Below, piece after piece: positions 11,797 through 23,329 of a DNA stretch of 64,000 nucleotides (within the stretch, counting starts at the first letter, position 1; each line of letters opens with the position of its first letter). The notes beneath the pieces were generated by a model. That model was not told the DNA's origin, did no database searches, and saw only the letters and a program-made list of their open reading frames with translations. The stretch is taken from the NCBI GenBank assembly GCA_026023565.1, contig JAPETS010000054.1, forward strand, positions 62,001 through 126,000. The letters run 5' to 3'. The position numbers and the translations under genes are program-made. The stretch comes from Cirrosporium novae-zelandiae (Eukaryota).

Positions 11797-13309
11797 ATGG
11801 TTACAATCACTGGCTTCTGCTCACGCGATGTGAGATTTCCAGTATGTAATATATCTCACATTCTTCAATTGTTTTTTGAAGCATTCTTTAACGTCCCATA
11901 GACCTCTCTCGATAAGACTGGCTCTGATGCCATGAACGCTGCTGGCGATTATTCTTCTGCCTATTGTATCCTCAAAACAGACACTGAATTTTCAGGCCAT
12001 GGAATGGTAAATGATCAGTCCTCTTACTTGCATTCTGATGTTCTAACCATTCTCAGACCTTCACCATCGGTCGTGGTAATGATATCGTGTGCGCCGCCAT
12101 AAACCACGTCGCCAACCGAATCAAGGGCAAGAAGCTCGAAGACCTTACCGCAAACTGGGGAAAGACATGGCGCCATCTGGTCAACGACAGTCAACTACGA
12201 TGGATTGGGCCTGAAAAGGGTGTCATTCATCTTGCACTAGGTGCCGTTGTGAATGCATTGTGGGATCTGTGGGCTAAGGTCCTCGGGAAGCCTGTCTGGA
12301 GAATCGTTGCGGAGATGTCACCCGAGGAATATGTAAAGTGCATTGACTTTAGATATATCACCGATGCGATAACACCCGAGGAGGCTGTGGCCATGTTGAA
12401 GGCCCAGGAACCGGGCAAGGCCAAGAGGATACAGGATGCCGAGAAAAATAGGGCGGTGCCAGCATATACAACTAGCGCAGGGTGGCTAGGCTATGGTGAA
12501 GATAAGATGAAGGCCTTGCTACAAGAGACGCTGAGTAAAGGATATTCTTACTTCAAGCTTAAGGTCGGAGGCAGCGTGGAGGAGGACCGAAAGCGACTGA
12601 CAATTGCGAGAGATGTGATTGGATACGACAAGGGCAACACATTGATGATTGATGCAAACCAGGTATGTACCCAGCAGGGCAAATAATCTAACAAAACCGG
12701 ATTGACTAAGTCAAACAGGTCTGGTCCGTCCCCGAGGCCATCGAGTACATGAAACAACTCGTAGACTTCAAGCCCTGGTTCATCGAAGAGCCCACGTCCC
12801 CCGACGACATCCTCGGCCACAAGGCTGTCCGCGAGGCCCTCAAACCCTACAACATCGGCGTCGCCACTGGCGAAATGTGCCAGAACCGAGTCATCTTCAA
12901 ACAGCTTCTCGCCTCGGGTGCTATCGATGTCTGTCAAATTGATGCTTGCCGCATGGGCGGCGTCAACGAGGTCTTGGCCGTACTACTCATGGCCAAGAAA
13001 TACAACGTTCCCATCGTACCGCACTCTGGTGGTGTTGGCTTACCAGAATACACCCAGCATCTCAGCACAATCGATTACATTGTGGTATCCGGCAAGCTGT
13101 CCGTGCTAGAATACGTCGACCATCTCCACGAGCACTTCAAGTATCCCAGCGTCATCAAGGACGGCTACTACACCACGCCCACCAAGCCCGGCTATAGCGT
13201 CGAGATGAAGCCTGAGAGCATGGAACAGTACAGCTATCCCGGTAAGGAGGGCGTGAGTTGGTGGAAGAGCGAGGAGGCGAGACCAATCTTGGAAGGAGAG
13301 CAGATATGA
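11797..13309 (+). CDS. lgd1: L-galactonate dehydratase (mandelate racemase/enolase superfamily, ENOSF1-like); exons 11797-11841, 11902-12006, 12057-12662, 12719-13309
   Basis: Spliced protein 'MVTITGFCSRDVRFPTSLDKTGSDAMNAAGDYSSAYC…TFTIGRGNDIVC…LRWIGPEKGVIHLA…FKLKVG…DANQVW…EEPTSPDD…ATGEMCQN'. This closely matches my recollection of Trichoderma LGD1 / Aspergillus GaaB. Confidence 0.92.
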
Positions 13310-13575
13310 TTATTATGAAAATGATGGTTTACACACACATATAAGACGGAAGAGAATGGACTGGACCCTTAGGAGTGGGGAGGCGTTTAGCGTTTACATA
13401 TCTGGTCTGGTTACTACTATGACTACTACAAAATGGAAGAGATGCGATAGGCTAGTCACATATCGATAAATAAATCAATGGTATTGGAAGCACACAACTT
13501 CAAGTCTAAGATTCATAATTCTGGTTCTTTGAAAGTCGACTAGTTCATATGTTTTTTTATATGTACTGTACCCTA

Positions 13576-13600
13576 CACCACACCACACCACACCACACCA
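13576..13600. repeat. (CACCA)5 microsatellite
   Basis: Read directly. Confidence 0.85.
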
Positions 13601-13619
13601 TCTCCCATCCCCTATCTCC

Positions 13620-14560
13620 TATAATCCCAAAAGGTGACTTGATTGTCCACTGACACCATCTTGATAGTGATAAGCGAGTGCTTAGGTCGTCCGTCATTGG
13701 AAATGAAATGCCCCTGTACCTACCCCATCACCATGGCGTTGAGTTGGAATAAGCATACACGAGAAACCTTTCAGGATGACTCCACCGTTATATTCTGCTG
13801 CATGTCGAACACCTTGTGCATTTTCGGTTACAATTTCTAGCGGAATCTCGAGTCCGACCTCCTCCGTCGTCTGTCTTTCGAGAATTGGAAAGCTAGGGAC
13901 AATAGCGGCGGCATTGGGAAATACTGGTAACCAACATAGGTTATTATTATCCTCGTCGTTGGGTACATTTTCAAATTCTCCTTTGGTTTGAAATGATGAT
14001 GTGGGTTCAGATAACAGTGAGCACTCGAGAGAGGGGATCGAATAGGAAATCTTGTTACCGCTAGGTAGTGGTAAGGTTAATACCGCTTTAATCTAGCAGA
14101 GTTGTTGGGCTAATTTCATTATCATTTCATCGGTACCATGAGCGAAATAGATATCGAATCGCGAGACGAAAATTCGATCTGAAGAGTAAGTAAGTAAGAA
14201 AGAAATTCCGTTCGAGATTTAAAATAAAATTAGTACCAATATTTTTTTGCTCATGGTATTTCAAGCATTGTCTTAGTCCGTCATCAGAAAAAAGTTGAAA
14301 GAATATCTTATCGGTGAGATAATGAAATTCCTTGTTAGGGCTCTTGGGAACCATAAGCTGTAATAGCGGTTTGTAAAGAGTTCAAAAGGAAGGTACCGCT
14401 ATATGGCCCATGTCTCCTTAAGATATGCAGCCAGCACAGGTTATCGCATAAACAGCTGATGCAGAGCCGCTCAAAGTAATTTATAGAGCCACGTAGTGTA
14501 ATTAAATTAGTATGATTTCCCGAATTGGGGGATTCCAACAAGGTAAATAATTATAATTAT
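13620..14560 (-). pseudogene. Relic of a fungal uncharacterised protein family often annotated 'pfs domain-containing protein' (non-PNP portion)
   Basis: Minus-strand fragments 'ITLRGS…GPYSGTFLLNSLQTAI', an intron at 14236-14179, then 'HGTDEMIMKLAQQLC*IKAV' (TAG at 14095-14093 where Trp is expected) and 'CWLPVFPNAAAIVPSFPILER…VGLEIPLEIV…EYNGGVILKGFS'. Frames shift between fragments. The family assignment is from recalled motifs. Confidence 0.6.
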
Positions 14561-15759
14561 CCTATTCAACAACAAACAAATAAACCCAACTTTATAGAAT
14601 TTGTGAAAATCACAAACTCTGGGAGTAGAAGTAGAAGGAATCCGAGGATATCTCTCAAGGACAATCACAAGTTGTTGTTGTTGTTGTTGGACATTTTTCT
14701 TTTTCGCAGTCATAAGGTTTTTTTGCCTTGGATAGTCAGTACTGACTGGCATGACAAATCTCCTTTATATAGTATTAGTATTAAGCTTGCTTGAAAAACT
14801 GAGACCGGCCACTGCTACTCCTGGGCCTGAGGGGGAGGGGGGAGATTTCCTGTCTTTGGGTTGTAGATAGATAGGACGATCATGATGTAATGGTGTATTC
14901 GAACTACTGGATTGTCGGAGATGGAGATGACGATAGGGGAAGATAATGGGTTTAGATGATTCCTTAAAGTTCTTGGTTAGTTTGGGGTAGCCTCGATGTA
15001 CTGTAAGGGCAGCGCCTGGTCCAGGCAGTGGGATAAGGTAAAAGCTATCTAAGTAGTGGGTAGATGGGTAGAATACTATCGAGGTCGCATTCGAGACGCA
15101 CATATAATGATGATAGCTTTCGGAGTGACCCCCCTGAGGTAGATACAAAAGTTGAACGGCTGTCTCGAATACGTTACGTTGGACAGCGTTCTTCCTGAGT
15201 TATAAGGCTTCCTTTGGACCACGCCCAGCGCTTAATACTCGTAGGCGCGTAGACGTCATGCTTAACATGTCTTAACAAGATTCCAGTATCAATAATCATC
15301 TTTTGTTCCTATTAAAAGCAAATGAGAAACTTATTAGCTAGATATTATAGACTATAGGTAGAGCAAATAGAGAAAACCGAACATAAACCGTATCTGTTTG
15401 TTTGATCTAAAAAAGGAGTATCAAAACCGATCTTTGTCTAGGTATCAGGGATTCCTTTACCCCATCCACCTATAGTTCAGCGAAGGGAAGGGAATAGGCC
15501 GAACCGAGGGTGCTTAAGGTCTATTTGGTCTATATAAATGCGAATTATATGGTTGGGGGGACACGTGGGGGGGCATATTTTTGGAGTGTTGAAGTTTATT
15601 GGAGGCATCGGAGCTCGGCATTTTATTCCGTACACATTATCTTATCTCCAAGTAATGAAAATATACCAAATATCTACTGAGTACTTCAGTAATATCCCAA
15701 GTATATATACTCGTGATAGACCATAATAGATCTTGGACAGTCAAGGTCTGGTCGGTCTG

Positions 15760-17246
15760 GTCTATTCCCTTCGCTGAAATTTGTTGGAGAGCCATTAATA
15801 AACCACCGTGCGGGCTTGGCCGCTGTCTTCTCTTCCCATAAGAAGAAAAGAATGATTCCAGTAATTGTGGTTTAATTCGGCATTGAGAGTAAAGCTGCTT
15901 GATTAAGGGCCGGATCATATAGTCAGTCTAAAGTACTGTATATCCAGAATTGTGGAAGTTGGAATAGTTTTGCCGCACTTGGGATTTTATAGAGCTAGAG
16001 AAGTGAAGATCTCGTAGTTTTCCAGTCACAGTGCTCCCCCCGATTCCGTCTTGCCGTTGGCTAAGAACCTTCCCATAGTTCACTATAGGGTCCGGGAATT
16101 CCAGTAGGTGGTAGATTTGATAGCGACCACCTTCTTCGACTCCGGTCTTAATATCACGCCTGACTTCTTCAATTTCCATTAAAAACGAATGGGTAGAGGC
16201 TCCGAATGACAAGCTTAAACATGATGATACTGCTTGACCTGAAAAGGTATATCTACCGACCCTTTTCAGGTATCATGCATTGCTCCACTTCATCTACTGG
16301 CAAGTAAAAGAATAGCTGTCTTGCATATGCTGCGGCTACTGCTGCAGCGTATCCCTTCCACTGCTTAGTTTTATGAGAGTCAGCGTAGTCAGAAATTCCC
16401 CGTATGACGAGACAAGGAAAATCATCCAAAGCACCAGCAGCCTCCGTCTCAAAGCATAATGCACCACATTCTTTTGCGAATATATCCCTCAGGTAACTAT
16501 CCATTATAACCCATTCCCCGGATGCGATTGTACCGCGGTGGACGATCACTTGGGGATCAGGATCTTGGTCCTGAGCATCTGTAATGCCCACGGGACGACT
16601 TCGTTGATCTGATTGGTATTCCCACTCCTGACATGTAGTACCGGAATACAGATGATCCTGACTGCGACCCGGGAATTTATATTTTTGAAATATCGGCCCT
16701 TCTGTCGGCACTCTCTTGAGATTTTCTAGAAGCGGGTCCCCCTGTTCCCTCCCAATCCTAATTTCTAAGCTGACTGCCATCATTTGAGCGGCATTGAGCA
16801 AAGTGGCCGGTGGGGGGGCTAAATAGCCAGTACGCTTAAACCGGCCAGCTTCAGCCTTTCCATGATGAAATTTTATGACACCTGAATGCTCGCCGACAGG
16901 TTTGCTAACCACCACATCTCCAAGCCGAACATCTCCATCGTCAGTTCGCGTTGGCACACCACTTCCAGTACTAACTACAAGACAAAACCTAATTCTCCGG
17001 AAAGTGGCTCTCATCTGAGTTACAACTGTAGCGGCTGAATTGTTACCTGTCGTAGCTAGCCCAGAAATAACAATATTGTGTCCATTAATGCTACCCAGAG
17101 TGTACACATTGTGATCAGTTGTGGGTTGCGGTAGACTCTCATGTACTTCATCTAACATGAACATCGCCGGGGTCTGTTCGATCTGTAACGGGCAAATCCA
17201 TCCGACCTTGTAATCGGCGCGTCTGAGTTTTATGGGGGGTAGCCAT
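15760..17246 (-). pseudogene. Degenerate fungal NLR: PNP_UDP (purine/uridine phosphorylase, Pfs) effector domain followed by a broken NACHT domain
   Basis: PNP motifs 'DYKVGWICPL..E', 'YTLGSINGHNIV', 'DVRLGDVVVS', 'HRGTIASG' and 'CFETEAAG…CLVIRGISDYADSHK'. Then a pre-NACHT 'PDPIVNYGKVLSQRQDG', a decayed Walker A at 16000-15961 (L*LYKIPS/GKTI, compare LWLYGIPGCGKTI) and 'MIRPLIKQLYSQC…RPS'. No downstream repeat domain was found. Confidence 0.85.
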
Positions 17247-18275
17247 ATTTCATATACCCTACTCCCAAAAGGGTTCTTTTTCTCTATCTCCCCTTTGAGT
17301 TATTTTGGATGGATATTGATGGCGACCGCTATCTCAGGGATAAGAATAACTGTAGCGGCCTGGACGTAAGTAAGCGCTGCTAGCAAAGAAATCTCAAAAC
17401 ATAAAATTGTGACAGCCGGAAAGGGAAGAGTGCAAAACTGACTGATGCATCTCAGCAGGCAAAGCATGCCATGATGCTATTTTGTGCGCCAGAATAATTA
17501 TATATCAAGATACAATAATAGGTTGTTTATACCTTTCCTTCAAGGCGCGTACGGCACAGGGCTCCAAGAAAAATGAGGGGCAAGGCTGAGTCAAAACCAA
17601 TGCATTCCCTCTCCTGGTCACTTAAATCCTACTGGTAGCTGTAACTCTAGCAGCGTCACGGAGTGGAGCCAGCGAGATCAAGAAACAAGGCTTGGTAAGC
17701 GTAGCAAACAACAACAACAACGTGATTTACAGAGAAGAAGTTCGAAGAAACAAAACGCAAAAAACGCAGTGATTGAATAGAGATATATTTTTCTCTCAGT
17801 AGGAGGGTAAGGCTCACAAGTAGAGTAGAGATGACGAGTACCCGCCAGCCGAAGCATGGCCCAAGGGTGGAGCCAATAAGTGACTCGATAATATATACAT
17901 CGGAGAGGACTTCAAACAAATTATGGTCAATGAAAATCGATATGAGTTATAATTCATTGTGTATGAAGGCCGCTTACACCACCTTAAATAGTATTTATAG
18001 TATACGCATTATACCTTTAGGTGGTTAGAGTGGAGAATTAATCTATCATTCCAATCTCGAAAGGGAACTATCTACCCAGGGTAAGTCATGTGACTAGGGT
18101 AAGCCCCGTATTCACTCCCCCTAATCATGTGTAGCCTTAATTTATCCTAGGTAAGCCATCTCCTCACTTTTAGCTTCTATACTATTGATACCGCAACACG
18201 GGAGAGAAGAGTCTTGTATTCTGACTTATATCTTATAATGCGCATTAACTACACTAATTCAAGTCTAGAGATGAA

Positions 18276-20200
18276 TCAATTTTTTGAAACATAAGACCTC
18301 CTCCCATCCTTGATTATATTAGCTACCTTCTTAGCAACTGCATACACGCTAGTCATAATATTCCCCCTAGGGATTAATGGCATGATACTAGCATCAACAA
18401 TCCTCAAATTCTTAGTACCATGAACAAGCAGATGGTCGTTAACAACACCCCCTAGCTCTTTGGGCATCATTGCACAGGAACCAGTGACATGGAAATGTGA
18501 GAGAATTGTATCTTTAACAACTTCCCTTGCATTATCAAGGTCACTCAATGGCTGATCGCTATGGATTCTTCGTCCACCCTTCTTTAGCAGAGAAGCAAGC
18601 GGCTCGGTCGAAGTAAGTACCTCAGTCCATTGTAGAAGACGAGCATTTATCTCAAGATCAAAGGGATGAGACATCATGCATGGGTCATATGTTGGACGTG
18701 CCGATGGATTTGAAGAGTTGATATGGACAGAGCCCCGAGAGAACGGGTGGTTGAGGACAGTGAGAATGGTCATATAATTACCTGGTGCGCTTCTGCTAAG
18801 GAATTCTGGGGGACTTGGGCCCTTCCTTGGAGAAATTTGAAAAGGGGCGCAAGTATACTGCCCTGTTCCTTCTTCTGGACTTTGGATAATCTCTCGAAGG
18901 AGTTCTTATTGCTTCTTCTGTCCAGGGAAGTCTTTGTATTTGGATCCATCAATATACTTTTGGATAAGATTCTTAAATTCCTCGTCTTTCACATCCACCA
19001 TCGGCATATAGGCGGATCCAATCGCAGAGGTCGCCAATGGGCCAGACTTTTTAGCCTGGTAAGCTTTCGTGATAGCTGCTGCAACGGCTGGGTCCCGTCC
19101 TAAATCGCCAGACATTTGACCATCAGCTATTTCCCAGCGGGTAGGAACATAGCCATGGTTCTGGAGATTCTCTCCAACATTCGAGTTGTCGATGATTGTC
19201 TCGATTCCATATGAGCTTAACAGACTATTGCTACCAATTCCTGAGAGTTCTAGTAACTGTGGGGATTGCAGGCCACCAGCTGCAAGCACTACTTCATCCT
19301 CGGCAAACACATTATGCTCTTGACCATCTTTAGTCTTGATCCGAACACCTTTCGCCAAGACTGATCCGTCAGAAGCCTTTTCTAACAATATCTTTTCCAC
19401 AGGTGACTCGGCAAGAACATGCAAATTTGGTCGTTTCGCAACTTCAGGTGTGTAATAGGCAGACCCGGCATGACTCCTCGTCTTCGTCTTTGGATCAATA
19501 GTTCCAGGAGTGTTAAAGGCGCCTGTAGATACACCAGAACTTGGATCAGCGGTGAGGTCGTGCTTCAAATTGTGGAACACCTTGGGCCAAGCTTCGTTGA
19601 AGTCTGGATAAGAATCACCAAAGGATATTTGAATTGGTCCATTGGTACCATGCTCCTTCATATCTACATAATCCAAGCTTAACTGTTTCTTGACGTCTTC
19701 ACTTGGAGGGCTAAAGGTTTCAAACTTTCGCAAATATTGCTTGAAACCCTCCCATCCCCAAGTTGGGTTCCCCAATTGTTGCCAGGCATCAAATGTTGCT
19801 TTCGATGGATACATGACCATGTTCAGATTGTATGCTGTTGATCCTCCAAGCATTCTCGCTTTTGGTTCAGCAATCTGACGGCCATTGAGAGAAGGCTAGA
19901 TGTTAAAGTAAGTATATAATTACGGTAATCTGTTGGGTAATTCATATCTACCTGGGGTGGGCTCATGATGCACCAGTCGAAGTCTGGATTCCACATTTTG
20001 GGAGGCCCAGCACCTGGAACGATTACTCCAGGGTCATTAAGATTGTTTGGGCCAGCTTCGAGAACCAAAGCCTTAACATTAGGATCTTCTGTCAATCGAG
20101 ATGCAACAACGAGACCCGTAGTTCCACCACCAACAATGATGATATCGAATTTCTCCGTGCTTAGGAAAGAGGAAGAGGAAGTGTCAATGGAAGACCCCAT
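18276..20200 (-). pseudogene. GMC oxidoreductase (AA3-like) with one in-frame nonsense codon; exons 20200-19952, 19895-18276
   Basis: 'DIIIVGGGTTGLVVASRL', 'MLGGSTAYN', 'LAAGGLQSPQLLELSGIG', 'VGENLQNH', 'HPFSRGSVHI', 'HVTGSCAM' and 'LRIVDASIMP'. TAA at 18908-18906 interrupts an otherwise continuous frame (QKKQ*ELLREII). Confidence 0.85.
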
Positions 20201-21702
20201 GATGCTTGTCTGATGTGTTCACAAAAGTATTCAATTGATTGCTTTCCAGCAATTTCTTGAGCTTCTATAGGAACTCTTCTAAGAGTATAGTATGAGCCAC
20301 CAAATTATATGAAGGAATCCGTCAATAAATGCCGAAGTCCTATGGGCACTAAGATTACATGCAGCAGCTTCAAGGAGCCTCTCCAGATGGAGGCATTTTT
20401 TTAGGTCGCCGGGCATAAAGATATCCGTCTTCAAGAAATATCCCGATGTTCGCTTTGATAGGAGGCTATTGTGAATATTATGAATCCCCTGCATATAGCG
20501 AGAGCAATCTGATGAGGTCGTGATGCATACGATCTAGATATCACGATTTTCTCTAGATCAACGGACAGAATCATACCACCGATCGACAGGAGATTTCCCC
20601 AATTTGAATATTGCGATTGTTTTTGCGTTTGACATTATTTAGTGTCGACGGCGGGTGGAAGAGAACCCTGGGACCATAAACAGTACTTCGAGTAGAAATG
20701 GTTAGGAACAACCAAACTGGGTGGAACTACTAGATAAGGAATACAATCCTGGGGTAAATATTAATTAATTATTTGTTTTCGAAACGAGCCTTCTGGATGC
20801 AGTACACGTTTTGTTTGGAGACCTCCTCAAGACTATAGATGTAAAAGTTGATTCTGGTTAAGACCCAGGTTGGCTCAAATACTTATCTTATGCCAATTGC
20901 TTTCTTTTCAACGAGAATTGGTGAGTTGGTGAATTGATAAAATCTACATGCTGTAGATTTTTATCATTGTGGTAAAGCCGTTTAATGTCCTGAGCTCAGT
21001 GTGGGAGGTCTAGGCACGCTAGAATAGAGCACGTAAATGCCAAGGGCCTAAAGTACGGCACTTTAGCCGTGGCACGGATACTAAGGTTTGATATTGGCCA
21101 GTGCTTTCGATAAGGTTCTGCTGTTAATTTCTATCTCAACTCTTTACTCGATCTCAAGTCTCCAACCCCAGTTAAATCCTTCTAGCCTAGACAACTTGAA
21201 TGAACTCTTAGGGCAGATTTTATCTAACTCCTTCCAAGGGGCTCTACCACGATATATGACACTCCCAGCTTAGCCTACCACAGCTGACTCGCTACTGGTG
21301 ACTTCTTAGGTAGTGGTAACAAAGCGAGAGCCGTCATTCCCACCAGTAAACTAAAATCTGGCATTTTTTCTATAACACTGGATTCTACTCAGAAATAGGA
21401 ACGATCCTCATTAAAAAATTAGTGTGAGAATTGATCAACCTTGGAACTCTACAATGCCTGACCTTGCTCTTCTGTTGATAACCTAGCACTACTGGGAGCA
21501 CCGGAAATGATATGCTGTATATCAATTACCCTTCTCTTTTTAGAGAAGGCTGCGTGTTCCCCCTTTCTTCTATGTACACAGCTAAGCTTCCTGAATCCTA
21601 TTTTTCTATGAACGGAATTTGGCCTGGTCTATTGCAAGTTTTAAAGGTTCGCAGTAGCCCTTGCACTTGGAAACCCCCTTTACCATCTCTACTCTGCTAG
21701 CA

Positions 21703-23112
21703 ATGGCGTACGACTTCTCTCCCCAAGCGCAGAACGCCAAGATCGTGATTGTTCTTTTTGCTTTCTTAGCAACTGTCTCTGTAGTTCTGCGCATGGTGTC
21801 AAAAAGATTGGCGAATTTACCTGTCGTACTGGAGGATTGGCTAATTTTTGCGGCACTGGTGAGCTTTTATATGATTATGTCTGCTCTGTTCAGCAGGTTA
21901 ATGTATGCACAAAATAGTTTTTCGATTATGGGTGTGTGGCCATTCATCTTGCAGGTTTGTATCCCAAATGAAGTTTGAGCTTGCCTTCTGCCAACAGCTT
22001 AGGAGGGGTTCAGAGCCTCTGAAAGATTGAATTCTCACTATTATTAATAGCTGTTCTGGCTGGTGGGGTTGAACAACATGCCACCGAGGTTAAACCCTCA
22101 GATATGGTGATATTGCTCAAGGTTCGCGAAATGCTTCATCTTCGGCACCTGTCTAAAGATACCCAAGACATCGGATCCTAGCTGACTATTTTACAGCTTA
22201 TTCTTCCTCTTGAGATTGTCTATGCCGTAGCTCTTCTCTTTGTGAAATTCTCTATTATGTCGTTTTACATCCGTATTTTCGGAACCAAGAATTCTTTCCG
22301 AATTAGTGTTTATATTGTCATGTTCCTCGTCATGGCTTGGTGTGTTAGTCTTATTCTTGAGACTCTCTTTCTCTGCCGACCACTCGCCTATAACTGGGAC
22401 CAAACAATCGACGGGACCTGCGGAAATCGAAATACCACCTTCGTCTCAGCTGGAGTCCTTAACATGATTACTGATATTCTGATCATGTTATTACCTATTC
22501 CGCATATCTGGAAACTACAGTTGCAAATGGCAAATAATATTAGTTTAGTTGCCATCTTCTCGCTTGGTATCTTGTCAGTTTAATGCTCCGTCTTAATTTT
22601 CATCAGCCGACTTTGTTATTAAAACCAGTATCTTACACCAATTTCGTTACACGAATAGCTGACCTTTCTTCCTCCCTAGTGCCACGGCTGTCTCTATTGT
22701 CCGCCTCAAATCCCTCATGGACATTGACTTTACGGATGTTACCTACAGTACACCCATTGCATTTCTGTGGTCTCTCCTTGAAATGAAACTAGCTGTCATA
22801 AACGCAAACCTCCCTCTCCTCCGCCCTGTTGTTTCACGCGTCTTTCCTAAATTCATTAGCAAGTCTTTCAGATCCAAAAATAGCAGAGCCACCAACAGCT
22901 ATGCATTGAACCAATTTGATAGGGTAGGGGATGAATATCCGCTTACACAGACAACAATGGTGAGCGGCGGGGGAGATTATAAGAAGGGAAAGGATGTCAA
23001 AGTGAACGAGACTGGCAAGGAAGTGGTGGGATCAAGTCATTCCAATATCTCCGATGAGAACTATCAAAATGCGAACGGGATTACGGTGAGGCATGAATTT
23101 TCTCTTTCCTAA
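21703..23112 (+). CDS. Pth11-like integral membrane protein (fungal rhodopsin domain); exons ~21703-21858, 21918-21954, 22051-22121, 22197-22573, 22680-23112
   Basis: 'VVLRM…LEDWLIFAAL', 'KFSIMSFYIRIF', 'LCRPLAYNWDQTIDGTC', 'NMITDILIMLLPIPHIWKLQ' and 'WSLLEMKLAVINANLPLLRP'. GT..AG introns join the fragments in frame. Confidence 0.85.
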
Positions 23113-23329
23113 TTTCTAGGATGCCTGTGGTGGCCATTATTAGAACCCCACGAACTTTCACATACTGTATAGGATCACTGTACCCTCAGGGGCTTCCTCG
23201 TCACAAGACTATTAATTTGACTACTACCCCCCGTAATGTATCAATTGATTGTTAGATGTTGATTGGATATTATTTGGAGTCGGTGGTTAACTGAGATGTC
23301 GAAATTTGGGCAAGGCACTGGAAATTGGC

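Noticed and set aside
14765..15270. 127-aa minus-strand ORF and upstream fragments as a separate gene
   Set aside because: No recognisable motifs. It may be the 5' part of the adjacent relic, but this cannot be supported.
21270..21370. Possible structured RNA ending in a T-run
   Set aside because: No tRNA cloverleaf, A/B boxes, 5S or snoRNA box motifs could be identified by eye.
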